From assembly GCA_963663805.2 (NCBI GenBank), contig CAXXMR010000009.1:1-64000 (forward strand): a stretch of 64,000 nucleotides of DNA, in the 5' to 3' direction. Numbering within the stretch: the first letter of the stretch is position 1; the number at the start of each line of letters is the position of its first letter. The notes below the pieces were generated by a model, which saw only the letters and a list, made by a program, of their open reading frames with translations, ran no database searches and was not told where the DNA came from. Both the position numbers and the translations under genes were made by a program. Of this stretch, positions 31,679 through 42,395 are shown one piece after another. This stretch comes from Sedimentisphaerales bacterium. GTDB taxonomy: Bacteria > Planctomycetota > Phycisphaerae > Sedimentisphaerales > SM23-30.

Positions 31679-32017
31679 TCATTTTAGCTGCAAGACACGC
31701 TGTTGTTCGTATTTTTCTATTTCTTCCAGAAAACTGGCCAGATTTCTTTTTGGGTCATTTTTGTAGAGAATTAACCTCACGGATTGGTTGCCTTCGATAC
31801 CCTTAACAAAATATTTTCCGGGCACCTGCACTTTGAAAAATGGCTTGGAAAAGTTTGGAAAATAATCAACCTGCCCCAGATTTTTCCAGAAATATATGAA
31901 ATCGCGGTCGATAGGCTCGTCAAAAAGTGCCTCTTTCATAATAGAATCATCAAAGCAGTCTTCCAGCTCTTTGACCTTCACAACGCGCATATAAACCTGC
32001 TGTTCTGTTAGATGCAA
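31679..32017 (-). CDS. Small hypothetical protein (possible Fe-S/sulfur-associated)
   Basis: About 100-110 aa, overlaps the stop of the desulfurase gene; EDCFD and YFPNFSKPFFKV segments; true start may be 31990. Confidence 0.55.
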   Translation of the reverse strand: MHLTEQQVYMRVVKVKELEDCFDDSIMKEALFDEPIDRDFIYFWKNLGQVDYFPNFSKPFFKVQVPGKYFVKGIEGNQSVRLILYKNDPKRNLASFLEEIEKYEQQRVLQLK

Positions 32018-33144
32018 ACCGCCTGCATGATTTCGTTAAGAGCATTTTGACAGTGCTTTATTTCGTCTTCGGTATTGAAATAGGAGAAACTCAACCGCAC
32101 GGAACCACCGGCTGGGCAGCCGAGACAACTGTGAATCAGCGGAGCGCAATGCAGACCCGCCCGACAGACTATCCCGAACGAGCTTTCCAGAATATAACCG
32201 CATTCTTCAGCGTCCGTATCGGCGATATTGAAACTTATCATGCCCTCGCCCGCATCGGGTGCGTAAACAGTGATTTCATTCCGGCCGCAAAGAAAATCCA
32301 GCATCATATCCCGCAAATATTTTTTATGGTCCCGGATAACTTCCAGATGAATATCTTCGATAAAATCAAGACCCGCTTCCAGAGCGGCAATGCCCGGAGT
32401 ATTAGCAGTGCCCGCTTCGTAGTACATGGGACGCTGCGGCGGCTGATAGAGATAATCGCTGCGAATGCCTGTGCCGCCGACTTTCAGAGGTTGAACGGCC
32501 AGGTTCTCGCTTAGATACACCGCGCCCACCCCTGCGATTCCGTAAAGGTTTTTATGACCGGCACAGACCAGAGCATCGACACCCCATTTTTCTGCTTCGA
32601 TAGGCACAGCACCAGCCGATTGTGAGGCATCGACGATAAACAGCACATCGTGAGCTTTAATCCTTCTGCCAGTTTCCGTCAAATCCTGCACGGTCCCTGT
32701 CACATTACTGCAATGGCTGACCACTACCGCCTGCGTCTCCTCTCTAATGGCACATTCGAGGTCTTTCGGGTTGATTCGCCCCTGGTTGTCGCAGTTTACA
32801 ATCGAAAGTTTAAGCTTCTGGTCTCTTTCCAGGGTTTTTAAAGGTCGTAGAACAGAGTTATGTTCGATGGCGGTAGTTACCACATGTTCGCCGCCCTGGA
32901 GCAGACCTTTCAAGACAAGATTGAGGCCTTCAGTCGCTCCGCCGGTAAAGATAATATTATCCACGCACGAGACACCCAGAAGCCTAGCTAGTTTGGAACG
33001 GCATGATTCAATGGTGTCTTTTTCGAGTTGTTCGGTTCCGGCTCGGCCCGGATGGAACGGTATCGAATCCAGGGATGCGGTTACGGCTTTAGATACGCCT
33101 GGAGGTTTGGGATAAGTTGTCGCGGCATTGTTGAAATATATCAT
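32008..33144 (-). CDS. Aminotransferase class V / cysteine desulfurase family protein
   Basis: YFNNAATTYPKP, EHNSV, SNVTG, DASQSAG, AGHK (PLP lysine), EAGT, RAGLHCA (group II catalytic Cys). Confidence 0.9.
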   Translation of the reverse strand: MIYFNNAATTYPKPPGVSKAVTASLDSIPFHPGRAGTEQLEKDTIESCRSKLARLLGVSCVDNIIFTGGATEGLNLVLKGLLQGGEHVVTTAIEHNSVLRPLKTLERDQKLKLSIVNCDNQGRINPKDLECAIREETQAVVVSHCSNVTGTVQDLTETGRRIKAHDVLFIVDASQSAGAVPIEAEKWGVDALVCAGHKNLYGIAGVGAVYLSENLAVQPLKVGGTGIRSDYLYQPPQRPMYYEAGTANTPGIAALEAGLDFIEDIHLEVIRDHKKYLRDMMLDFLCGRNEITVYAPDAGEGMISFNIADTDAEECGYILESSFGIVCRAGLHCAPLIHSCLGCPAGGSVRLSFSYFNTEDEIKHCQNALNEIMQAVCI

Positions 33145-33166
33145 CAGCCTGACCTGTCGCTTATTT

Positions 33167-33763
33167 TCAAGCGCGGGTTATAACAAACTCACCGTAGGGG
33201 TCACCCACTTCAATGCCTTTGGTCTGTACGCATTTGAAAGCTCCCAGGCCGTTGGGGTAGTCTCCGCCATAGGCGATGTCCATAAAGGCCCGACTTACGC
33301 CTTTAATCATATAGGCACAAGGTTTTTTGACTTCCAGGGTGTCGGCAATTTCCGACTCATAATAATCGTAGGCCCGGATGACCATTTTCTGGTTCGGAAT
33401 CAGTTCTACAACCTCTGAATTTGCCCAGCCCCAGGCGGTAAATACCGCATAAGCACCGTGAAGAACATCTTCCGGAACTTTTTCAATCATGGGACCCACG
33501 ATCGCATTAAATTCTTCGGAGTTTACGATTCCGTATCCGGTATGATAACCGCATTCTGCCGCGGCCCGTTCCAGGCCCTTCTCGGCTTCATCTAAATAGT
33601 CGTCACCCGCGGCTTTGAGAATTTTTTCGGTAAAGGTATTCCAAAAATTAGCCGGCAAAAACTGCACCAATACTCCAAAAGCCGGTATCATGCCTTCTTC
33701 GTTGCCCTTAACCTTGATTTGTGATAAATCGTCAATTGCTTTGGTTCTGTCAACTGCCATCAC
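33167..33763 (-). CDS. V4R (4-vinyl reductase)-like domain protein
   Basis: AWGWA, YES, KKPCAYMIKG, VQTKG...GDPYGEF pattern; RBS AGGAG. Confidence 0.7.
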   Translation of the reverse strand: MMAVDRTKAIDDLSQIKVKGNEEGMIPAFGVLVQFLPANFWNTFTEKILKAAGDDYLDEAEKGLERAAAECGYHTGYGIVNSEEFNAIVGPMIEKVPEDVLHGAYAVFTAWGWANSEVVELIPNQKMVIRAYDYYESEIADTLEVKKPCAYMIKGVSRAFMDIAYGGDYPNGLGAFKCVQTKGIEVGDPYGEFVITRA

Positions 33764-33839
33764 ATAACTCCTATTGTGGTTTGTATGTTATTACTGAACT
33801 TTTGCAAAACTCCATTTATTGCTTCAGTTTCGATTTGAT

Positions 33840-34382
33840 TCAGGCCTTCTCTATGGTGAACTCACTATATGAGTCACCCTTGACGATACTTTTGGTTTCG
33901 GTAATTTCATACGAACCGATAGATTCGTCGTTAATGATGGCAAAGGCCGCCAAAATGTAGCCCTGCCCAATAAAATTAACCGGCTTTTTGTGCTCCTGCC
34001 ATTTCTTTATCCAGCCTTCATCCACGTGAGAATGACGCATTTTCGCGCTTCCGCCTCCAGAACCGTAAACATTGAGTTCGAGCTGACCCAGGCCGCAAAG
34101 ACCGCAGTACTGCTCCGCCACCGCGATCTTTTCATTGCGGTCATAAACATCCTTGCTTACAAAATATTTCTGTAATACGACATACATGGACTCCTCCGCC
34201 GCTTCACGCAGCAGGGTGGTTCCTCCAATTTTTTCCAGGTCAAACGCCAGCTTGGTAAATAGCGTTGCATAGTGATGACAGTGAAGAACAGACGTCTCCT
34301 TGTTGACATACTGCAACATTTTCTTGCCGTCAAACTCCTGCACAAAATCACATTCAATACTCATCTTTAGCTCCTGTATCAT
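33840..34382 (-). CDS. V4R-like domain protein
   Basis: GLGQL, HSH, KPVNFI.QGYI.A, ETKSIVKGDSYSEF pattern; N-terminal HCHH. Confidence 0.65.
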   Translation of the reverse strand: MIQELKMSIECDFVQEFDGKKMLQYVNKETSVLHCHHYATLFTKLAFDLEKIGGTTLLREAAEESMYVVLQKYFVSKDVYDRNEKIAVAEQYCGLCGLGQLELNVYGSGGGSAKMRHSHVDEGWIKKWQEHKKPVNFIGQGYILAAFAIINDESIGSYEITETKSIVKGDSYSEFTIEKA

Positions 34383-34419
34383 GTTCGGGACATGTTATAT
34401 TTGTTACCAATACTCTTTT

Positions 34420-35574
34420 TTACCGAAAACTTTTCAACAGCCGTTTGGCTCTGACAGTTACGCGGCCAAGCCGATTAACTCCATCAATAATACGGAATTT
34501 TTCGCCGCAGGTGCGGGCGGTGTCACGTTCGACGTCGGCGCTGATTTTTGCCAGGTTCAAAATGGCATTTTGGATTTCCTGATTTGCTTTCGACTGTTCT
34601 TCCAGGCTGCGTTTGAGTTCCGAAGTTATCTCAACCAGATTACTTGTCGAGGTGTTGAATTCTTCGGTCGCGCTCGCCTGAGAGATAAGACTCTGGCTTA
34701 TCTGCTGGGTAAAATCCTTCATTTTGGTAATGTTCTGCTGAATCCCGCCAAAGGCTTCGATTACCTGATTGGCGTTTTTAGCTGATTTAGCGATGCCAGC
34801 GGTTACTTCTTCAACCGAACCGGTGATACTAAGAACATTATCGGCGCTCTGGTTGGCCAATTGTTTGACTTCATCAGCGACAACCGCGAACCCTTTGCCA
34901 AGTTCGCCCGCCCGGGCTGCTTCGATCGTAGCGTTCAAAGCCAACAGCTTGGTTTGTTCAGAAATATCCGAAATTATCTCGACAGCCTGATTAATTCTTT
35001 CGGAAGAGGTAAGCACCGAATTAATCGACTCTACCGTTTCTGTTAGAATTTTTGAACCCGCCGCGGCGGAAGTAGTCAGTTCATCAGCGATTTTGTCAGT
35101 GCTTTGCGCTTTTTCGCTGGCCTCCGTAATGGACTCCGCCATTTCTCTCGTGCCTGTCGAAAAAACTTCAACAATCTGAGCCTGCTCATCCATACGCTGC
35201 GAGATGGACTCTATACTGGTAACCATTTCCGTTACCGCGGCGGAGCTGGTTTCCGAAGCATGTCGTTGTTCTTCCATGTTTGAGGAAATATTTTCCAGGG
35301 CATCAATAGTGTTGTCCGTCATTTTAATGAAATACTCGAACGCCTTGTTCAAAACTCGAATATTCATCTCCAATTCCTGAACTTCACCGCCCTTACGGCC
35401 CATCAGGCGAACACGCCCAAAACGACGCACCAGATACATGCCGCCCAGACCCAAAATTAAAAAGGCACCAGCCCGATAATAAATATTTTGAAAAAAACTC
35501 ATCTGGGAAACCAACAAAAGTATCCCAGCATATACTACACCAAAACCATAATTTCGAAGTGATCTTAGCAACAT
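34420..35574 (-). CDS. Methyl-accepting chemotaxis protein without an extracellular sensor domain
   Basis: [37 protein letters not shown] signalling hairpin; two closely spaced N-terminal TM helices; RBS GAGG. Confidence 0.93.
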   Translation of the reverse strand: MLLRSLRNYGFGVVYAGILLLVSQMSFFQNIYYRAGAFLILGLGGMYLVRRFGRVRLMGRKGGEVQELEMNIRVLNKAFEYFIKMTDNTIDALENISSNMEEQRHASETSSAAVTEMVTSIESISQRMDEQAQIVEVFSTGTREMAESITEASEKAQSTDKIADELTTSAAAGSKILTETVESINSVLTSSERINQAVEIISDISEQTKLLALNATIEAARAGELGKGFAVVADEVKQLANQSADNVLSITGSVEEVTAGIAKSAKNANQVIEAFGGIQQNITKMKDFTQQISQSLISQASATEEFNTSTSNLVEITSELKRSLEEQSKANQEIQNAILNLAKISADVERDTARTCGEKFRIIDGVNRLGRVTVRAKRLLKSFR

Positions 35575-35977
35575 AGCGTTACCTCTCCTCAGATAAATGA
35601 ACGTTTACAACATCCGTTCGATGAATTATCCTATAATCCAGCAATCGTTCTTGACGGTACGACCGTATGTCTCACCATGCTTTCTGATTTCGGCATTCTG
35701 ATAGAGCTTGTTGACCCAATAACGTGACCTTTCAAAAAAACATGGCTACGAATTGATAAAAAAACGCGAAATTTATATCGCCAGATGATTCAACAGGCCT
35801 GTTACGCAATTAATATCAATTTTTTTTATGTATGTATTTGCTACCAAGCGAAAATTATCGGACTTTTTCCTTTGGTTGTGCGGTTTGTCCTTGAATAACA
35901 ATTGCCAAATGATGTAAATTCTAAATTGTTGATTTAACTGTTGTTGTGCAAGTTGTGCTTTTTGTGAGGCTTTTTCG

Positions 35978-37603
35978 ATGAATTCGACTAAAAATTTCTT
36001 TACAGCAATAATCCTGTTCGCAAGTGTTCTAAACGCCGGGGAACTCCTTTATAACGGTATCGAGCTGCCTAATGTTTGGCCGCCCAACGATCTCGACCTC
36101 AAGTCCACAGAGCCTATGCCCGTGCCCTATCTCGACACCCCGCCCGCGGTCATAAAAATTGATATTGGCCGCCAGTTATTCGTCGATGATTTCCTGATAG
36201 AAACCACAAATCTGACCCGCAGATACCATTCCGCTGAGAAATACCAGGGCAACCCGGTTTTCGTCCCCGAAAGTGAGACTGAGCTGAAACTGCGAGGAGT
36301 CGTCTATCTCGGCCACGGCGGAGTTTTCTACGACCCCCAGGCTAAAGTATTTAAAATGTTTTACACCTCCGGCTGGCGCGGCCCTTTAGCCCTGGCTACC
36401 AGCACCGATATGATTCACTGGACCCGCCCGGAACTGACCAATGCCAAAGGAAATATTCTGACCGAGCAGGGCGTGGACGACACCTCAGTATGGCTGGACT
36501 TGAACGCGACCAACCCGGCTGAGCGTATCAAATTCATGGACTGCGACCGCAAGAAAACTCATTATCTCTGCATGTCCGCCGACGGAAGTGATATTTCCAG
36601 GCGTACTTATATGCCGGAAGTGGCCGGTGACTATTGTTCGTTCTTTTATAATCCCTTCCGAGAGGTCTGGGCCTTCAGCATCAAGAAAAACACTCGCGGT
36701 CGAAACCGCTACTATCTGGAATGTAAGAATTTCCTCGATGCTGCCCAGAAGTGGCAAGAAGCGGTCTATTGGACCAATGCCGACAAACTCGACCTGCCCG
36801 AACCTCAAGGTCGCTATCCCGGTGCCGGCGAGCCGACCCAACTCTACAGTCTAAATGCGGTAGCTTATGAAAGCATCATGGTGGGCATCCACTATATCCA
36901 TCGCGGACCAAACAATAAGATTTGCGAAGAAGGAAAATTCCCCAAAATAACGGACCTGGAATTGGGTTTCAGCCGGGATGGTTTCCACTGGTCCCGCCCC
37001 CAGCAGCGTGAACCGTTTATCGCCGGTACCCGAAAAGAGGGCGACTGGGACCGGGCCTATCTGCACAGTACGACCGGCGTATTTGTCCTGTGTGATGACA
37101 AACTGGTTTTCCCCTATACCGCTTTTTCCGGTGAGGCGCCGGACGGCAGTCGCGGCATATATCACGGTGCCCGTATAGGCCTGGCTTACCTGCGGCGTGA
37201 TGGTTTCGCTTCGATGGACGCCGACAACAAAACCGGGGAGCTGATTACCCGCCCGGTACAATTCACCGGCCAATGCCTTTTCGCCAACCTGAAAGCGACC
37301 GAAGGTACGCTTAAAGCCGAACTTCTTAATGAGCAGGGCCAACCTATAGAGCCGTTCACATTCGCCAACAGCATCCCGGCCACCGGCGATAAAACCCTGG
37401 CTAGATTGAAATGGCAGGGGGGTGATAGTCTTGAAAAACTTCAAGGCAAACCGGTTCGTTTCCGTTTCGTACTGACCGATGGTTTGCTGTACTCATTCTG
37501 GGTAAGTCGCGACAATACCGGCCGCAGTGATGGATACCTCGCCGCTGGGGCCCCTGGTTACGACAGTCTGATAGACAACAAGCAAACCGTAATAAAGCAG
37601 TAG
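35978..37603 (+). CDS. Secreted beta-propeller glycoside hydrolase (GH32-like)
   Basis: Signal peptide; GRQLFVDD, ATSTDMIHWTRP, FSRDGFHWSR, LRRDGFAS, LYSFW. Confidence 0.7.
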   Translation: MNSTKNFFTAIILFASVLNAGELLYNGIELPNVWPPNDLDLKSTEPMPVPYLDTPPAVIKIDIGRQLFVDDFLIETTNLTRRYHSAEKYQGNPVFVPESETELKLRGVVYLGHGGVFYDPQAKVFKMFYTSGWRGPLALATSTDMIHWTRPELTNAKGNILTEQGVDDTSVWLDLNATNPAERIKFMDCDRKKTHYLCMSADGSDISRRTYMPEVAGDYCSFFYNPFREVWAFSIKKNTRGRNRYYLECKNFLDAAQKWQEAVYWTNADKLDLPEPQGRYPGAGEPTQLYSLNAVAYESIMVGIHYIHRGPNNKICEEGKFPKITDLELGFSRDGFHWSRPQQREPFIAGTRKEGDWDRAYLHSTTGVFVLCDDKLVFPYTAFSGEAPDGSRGIYHGARIGLAYLRRDGFASMDADNKTGELITRPVQFTGQCLFANLKATEGTLKAELLNEQGQPIEPFTFANSIPATGDKTLARLKWQGGDSLEKLQGKPVRFRFVLTDGLLYSFWVSRDNTGRSDGYLAAGAPGYDSLIDNKQTVIKQ

Positions 37604-37819
37604 TCACAATAGTTAGCCCCGCCACCGAGACATCTGACGATGTTTCGGCAATTGGTGAGGTTCGACCACCCACTACCAAATCAATCCAAACCCTCATTAG
37701 AAGCCGAGCCGCGTAAGCGGCCGGATTCGACCACCCTCAACCGTCCCTTTACCCCAAAATTATTATCGACCTCGTCGAAGACAGGCGTCATACCGTTGAT
37801 GTAGCCTCAAGGTTTTTTC

Positions 37820-37863
37820 GTTTTGATATTATTTAGAATTTAGAATTTCCGGCATGTCCGGCC
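37820..37863 (+). repeat. TTTAGAA-type heptamer repeats followed by TCCGGCATGTCCGG
   Basis: ATTTAGAATTTAGAATTTCCGGCATGTCCGG; related tracts at 39503 and 59936. Confidence 0.6.
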
Positions 37864-39408
37864 CTATTCCCATTCAATAGTAGCCGGCGGCTTACTGGAA
37901 ATATCATAAACCACGCGATTGACTCCACGCACCTCATTGATAATACGGCTGGAGATTCGTGCCAGCACTTTATAGGGGATATGCACCCAGTCAGCGGTCA
38001 TGAAATCGGTAGTTTCCACCGCCCGCACTGCCACCACGTTTTCGTAGCTGCGGTCGTCGCCCATTACACCCACGGAGCTGATGGGCAGCAGTACGGCCAG
38101 TGCCTGTCCGATGGAGCGGTAGAGTCCGGCGGCTCGGATTTCGTCAATAACAATTTCATCAGCTTCACGCAGCACTTCGAGTCGCGGCTTGGTAATATCG
38201 CCGATGATACGCACCGCCAGGCCCGGCCCGGGGAACGGATGTCGCCAGACAATCGGTTCCGGCAATCCCAGATGTTCACCCATAACGCGAACCTCATCTT
38301 TGAAAAGGTCGCGCAGAGGCTCGACTAATTCAAAGCCCAGTTCTTCCGGTAGTCCGCCAACGTTATGATGGAGTTTGATGTTTGCGGCGGGATTTCCGTT
38401 GCGATGTCCGGATTCGATGACGTCGGGGTAGAGTGTACCTTGGGCGAGGAAGTGAGCGTCGTCGATTTTGTCGGCCTCTGACTTAAACGCTTCGATAAAC
38501 TCGTGTCCAATGATAATACGTTTCTTTTGAGGATCCGTAACACCGGCCAGCCTATCGAGGAATCGTGCTGACCAGTCCACCACGCGCAAATCAAGCTTGA
38601 AGTGATCACGAAATGTTGTTTCGACACTGTCACGTTCTCCCTTTCTGAGTAATCCGTTATCAACGAAGATGCAAACCAGCTGCTCGCCGATGGCCTTATG
38701 CAGCAGAGCCGCCAGTACCGACGAATCAACCCCGCCGCTCAGCCCGCAGATTACGGTCTTGTCGCCGACCTGCTGGCGAATTCTTTCGCATTCCTGTTCG
38801 ATGAAATTGCCCATCTGCCAGTCACCTTTGCATTGACAAATGGTATATAGGAAATTCTGAAAAATCTGAGTACCGCAGGGCGTGTGCGTAACTTCCGGAT
38901 GAAACTGCACACCGAAAAACGGCATCGTTTTATGGCGAACCGCGGCATAAGGGCAGGTCGGCGTCTCTGCCAGCGGGATAAATTCTTCCGGCAGTTCGTT
39001 CACCTGGTCACCGTGGCTCATCCAGACGACTTTCTCGCCGGTAATCTGGGCCAGCAGCCCTTCACTTTGTTTCAGAGTCAGCCGCGTCGAGCCGTACTCA
39101 CGCGAATGAGCCACATCAACTTTTGCGCCCAAAAGATTACAGGCTATCTGCATACCGTAGCAGATACCCATCACCGGCAAACCCAGCTCAAGCATTTTCG
39201 GGTCACACTTCGGCGCCCCGTCGGCATAAACACTCGCCGGCCCGCCGGAAAGGATAATGCCTTTAAGATTATATTTTTTCAGCTCATCAACGCTTATGTC
39301 ATGCGGACAGATAATACTGAATACATTATGTTCACGAACCCGGCGGGCGATAAGCTGCACATACTGACTGCCGAAGTCGATAATAGCAATAGTTTCAGAC
39401 TGATTCAT
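37864..39408 (-). CDS. guaA: GMP synthase (glutamine-hydrolysing)
   Basis: [61 protein letters not shown]. Confidence 0.97.
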   Translation of the reverse strand: MNQSETIAIIDFGSQYVQLIARRVREHNVFSIICPHDISVDELKKYNLKGIILSGGPASVYADGAPKCDPKMLELGLPVMGICYGMQIACNLLGAKVDVAHSREYGSTRLTLKQSEGLLAQITGEKVVWMSHGDQVNELPEEFIPLAETPTCPYAAVRHKTMPFFGVQFHPEVTHTPCGTQIFQNFLYTICQCKGDWQMGNFIEQECERIRQQVGDKTVICGLSGGVDSSVLAALLHKAIGEQLVCIFVDNGLLRKGERDSVETTFRDHFKLDLRVVDWSARFLDRLAGVTDPQKKRIIIGHEFIEAFKSEADKIDDAHFLAQGTLYPDVIESGHRNGNPAANIKLHHNVGGLPEELGFELVEPLRDLFKDEVRVMGEHLGLPEPIVWRHPFPGPGLAVRIIGDITKPRLEVLREADEIVIDEIRAAGLYRSIGQALAVLLPISSVGVMGDDRSYENVVAVRAVETTDFMTADWVHIPYKVLARISSRIINEVRGVNRVVYDISSKPPATIEWE

Positions 39409-39502
39409 TAAGCTAAATTCTCTTAAAAGTAACATTACACAAAAAACAACTCATCAGGGCTGCCCACATAAGTAAGCGATGCCGTTGACGTTATTGCCGT
39501 TT

Positions 39503-39574
39503 TAAATTTGTTTCGATTTTTGCCATTTGAGATTTGGATTTATTTAGAATTTAGGATTTAGTGTTTAGGATTTT
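39503..39574 (+). repeat. Degenerate heptamer tandem repeats
   Basis: TTTGAGA TTTGGA...TTTAGAA TTTAGGA TTTAGTG TTTAGGA. Confidence 0.6.
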
Positions 39575-39588
39575 CTGTCTGCCGTTGT

Positions 39589-40047
39589 TTAATATTCTTC
39601 CTTAGAGGCAACATTTGACGGTTCCGGCTGAAAATCAAACACCGCCGGCTGAACCGACTGACTGTCACGACTGCTCTGGCTTTTCCAGGGAGGATGGGCG
39701 ACAGCCGAGACCGGCAGTAAAACTGTATCAATGATAAATTCCGCCGGAGCGGTCACCGCCGCCCATAAATCGTCCGAGCCAGCCTGGAAATATCCATCCT
39801 GTTCATCCGCCGCTTCATAAGGGTTCGCCAGGTAAAGCTGAGTATGTTCGGTCCCCATGTTCCTATACTCAAGCGTCATTTCAGGCCAGGGCCGCGGCGT
39901 TATCTCCAGTTCACCCTGAACCGAATTTTGCCCCTGAGCTTCAGCCTGCATTACCGGAGCGGGCTTAGCATTGTCCTTGCCGCAGCCGATTAGCATGGTT
40001 AGTGTTAGCATAGTAACCGTTAACTTGATTGCTGATTTAGTCTTCAT
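39589..40047 (-). CDS. Hypothetical lipoprotein
   Basis: Lipobox LIGC; 152 aa; lies between guaB and guaA. Confidence 0.65.
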   Translation of the reverse strand: MKTKSAIKLTVTMLTLTMLIGCGKDNAKPAPVMQAEAQGQNSVQGELEITPRPWPEMTLEYRNMGTEHTQLYLANPYEAADEQDGYFQAGSDDLWAAVTAPAEFIIDTVLLPVSAVAHPPWKSQSSRDSQSVQPAVFDFQPEPSNVASKEEY

Positions 40048-40077
40048 AGAGTATGTCGTTCCGTATCTGGTTTTCGG

Positions 40078-41550
40078 TTAGAAGTCGGATGTGTCTGCCC
40101 GCGACTGATAGTTCGGTGCCTCGTGGGTAATAGCGATGTCATGCGGGTGACTTTCCATCATGCCCGCAGAGGTGATGCGGATGAACTTGCTTTCTTTACG
40201 CAACGCTTCGATATTCGGCGTGCCGCAATATCCCATCCCTGCCCGGATACCGCCTACCAGTTGATACACATATTCCGAAAGCGGACCGCGATAAGGCACG
40301 CGTCCTTCCACACCTTCCGGTACGAGTTTGTGAGCTTCTTTGGTAAGTTGGCCATAGCGGGTACCCCCGCCGGTGACCATCGCACCCAGCGAGCCCATAC
40401 CGCGATATTGTTTGAAACGCCTGCCTTTGTAGATTACCAGTTCGCCGGGTGATTCGTCCAGCCCGGCAAAAAGCGAGCCCAACATAACAGATGAAGCACC
40501 CGCCGCTATCGCCTTCACGATGTCGCCCGAATGCCGGATGCCGCCGTCCGCGATAACCGGCACGCCTGCTTCGTCACCTGCCGAGGCACAATCCATAACA
40601 GCCGTTACCTGCGGCACGCCCACACCCGAAACCACGCGAGTAGTGCAGATAGCTCCCGGCCCGATTCCCACCCGGATAGCATCGGCACCCGCGGCAATCA
40701 GGTCACGGGCAGCCTGAGCCGTGGCGACATTGCCGGCGATTATGTCAATATGGTGTTTCTTGCGAATTTCCCGAACGGTATCGAGTACATTTTTCGAATG
40801 ACCGTGCGCTGAATCCACGATGATAAGGTCAACATCCTTGGCGATGAGCTTTTCGACACGTTCGTAATCGTGAACATTCACCGAAGCTCCCACTCGCAGA
40901 CGACCGCGGGAATCCTTCGAAGCGTTGGGGAACTGGTGCATACGCTCGATGTCCCGCATCGTAATCAAGCCCACGAGTTTGCCATTGCCGTCGGTGAGCA
41001 GGAGTTTTTCGACCTTATGCTTATTCAGAATCGCTTCTGCCTGGTCGAGGGTGGTATCAGCCGGCCCGGTGAAAAGTTTGTCGCTGGTCATGACCGATTC
41101 GATTTTCTGGCCGTAGTCTTCCAGAAACTTCAGGTCGCGGCGAGTCAAAATGCCGACCAGTTTCTTGTCGTTGATGACAATTGGTACGCCGGAAATATTG
41201 AACTTAGCCATCAGCTCACGCGCCGTGCTGACCGTGTCGTTGGGCGAAAGGGTTACCGGGTCAAGAATCACCCCGTTTTCACTACGCTTGACTTTATCAA
41301 CCTCGCGGACCTGGTCCTCGATGGTCAGGTTCTTATGAACAATCCCGATCCCGCCTTCCTGGGCCAGAGCGATAGCCAACGCCGATTCCGTAACCGTGTC
41401 CATAGGAGAACTTATCAGCGGAATGTTAATTTCGATATTGCGGGTGAGTTTTGTGCGGGTATCAGCGTCGCGCGGTAGAAAATTGGTCTGCTGGGGGATT
41501 AGCAGAACGTCGTCGAAAGTGATACCCTCTCCGATAATTCGGTCTGTCAT
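40078..41550 (-). CDS. guaB: IMP dehydrogenase (with CBS pair)
   Basis: [50 protein letters not shown]. Confidence 0.97.
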   Translation of the reverse strand: MTDRIIGEGITFDDVLLIPQQTNFLPRDADTRTKLTRNIEINIPLISSPMDTVTESALAIALAQEGGIGIVHKNLTIEDQVREVDKVKRSENGVILDPVTLSPNDTVSTARELMAKFNISGVPIVINDKKLVGILTRRDLKFLEDYGQKIESVMTSDKLFTGPADTTLDQAEAILNKHKVEKLLLTDGNGKLVGLITMRDIERMHQFPNASKDSRGRLRVGASVNVHDYERVEKLIAKDVDLIIVDSAHGHSKNVLDTVREIRKKHHIDIIAGNVATAQAARDLIAAGADAIRVGIGPGAICTTRVVSGVGVPQVTAVMDCASAGDEAGVPVIADGGIRHSGDIVKAIAAGASSVMLGSLFAGLDESPGELVIYKGRRFKQYRGMGSLGAMVTGGGTRYGQLTKEAHKLVPEGVEGRVPYRGPLSEYVYQLVGGIRAGMGYCGTPNIEALRKESKFIRITSAGMMESHPHDIAITHEAPNYQSRADTSDF

Positions 41551-41712
41551 AGTAATCGCTGCTCCGTCAGGGATGACTAAAGTTTATAACCTGCTGGAAT
41601 ATCTCAAGTGGGTTTACGATTTATCGCAGGCCGTTCAATATTTAATCGGTCAGTCTAGCAGGCCCCCGCGGATGCGTCAAGACTTAAAAACAGGCTCCTG
41701 GCGGTTAAACGT

Positions 41713-42369
41713 TCAACCTCTGGTACCGTTGCGGTTTTTAGGCTGGATTACCGGGAGGTTCCAGCCTTTTTGCAGGGCGGTCAGGCGTAAGGTGAAGACC
41801 GACGTGGCGGTCAGCAGGATGTTCAGGGGCTGAGGCAGGTTTACTTTGGCGAAGATAACGAAAAGGATTGCCCCGGCGATCGAGGTAGTGGCGTAAACAT
41901 CGCGTCTGAGAATCAGCGGAACCTGACCAGCGAGGGTATCGCGAAAAATACCGCCAAAAACCCCGCTAATGCAGCCCATAATGACCGCGACAGGGCCGGA
42001 GTAGCCCAGACTAAGGGTCTTGCTGGCACCAATAACGGTGAAAATGGCCAGCCCGAAGGCGTCAAGAATCTTCAAAACGCGTACGGTACGGTATTTATCC
42101 TGCTGAACGATCGCCGGCAGGGCCATACCCAGGATGATAACGAAGATATAATTGCCGTCTCTGGTCCAGAAGACACCATCGGCACCGAGAATGACATCAC
42201 GGACCGTGCCGCCGCCGACCGCGGTAATCGCCGCCAGCACCAGCATACCAAACAGGTCCATCCGCCGTCGTATCGCCACTAACGCTCCGGTCAGGGCGAA
42301 AACGAAGGTGCCCAGCAAGTCACAGTAGTAAAGGGTCATCGCTTCCATGCTTTGCGGGCAGTTTAACAT
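41713..42369 (-). CDS. Trimeric intracellular cation channel family (UPF0126) membrane protein
   Basis: GTFVFALTGA, MDLFG, GGGTVRD, DAFGLA, GGIFRD; start may be slightly downstream. Confidence 0.88.
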   Translation of the reverse strand: MLNCPQSMEAMTLYYCDLLGTFVFALTGALVAIRRRMDLFGMLVLAAITAVGGGTVRDVILGADGVFWTRDGNYIFVIILGMALPAIVQQDKYRTVRVLKILDAFGLAIFTVIGASKTLSLGYSGPVAVIMGCISGVFGGIFRDTLAGQVPLILRRDVYATTSIAGAILFVIFAKVNLPQPLNILLTATSVFTLRLTALQKGWNLPVIQPKNRNGTRG

Positions 42370-42395
42370 GGATGCAACATTATTGCAATAACTGG

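Noticed and set aside
35687..35714. Possible sigma28 promoter upstream of the chemoreceptor (minus strand GCCGAAAT)
   Set aside because: The -10 is plausible but the -35 match and spacing are poor; not supportable
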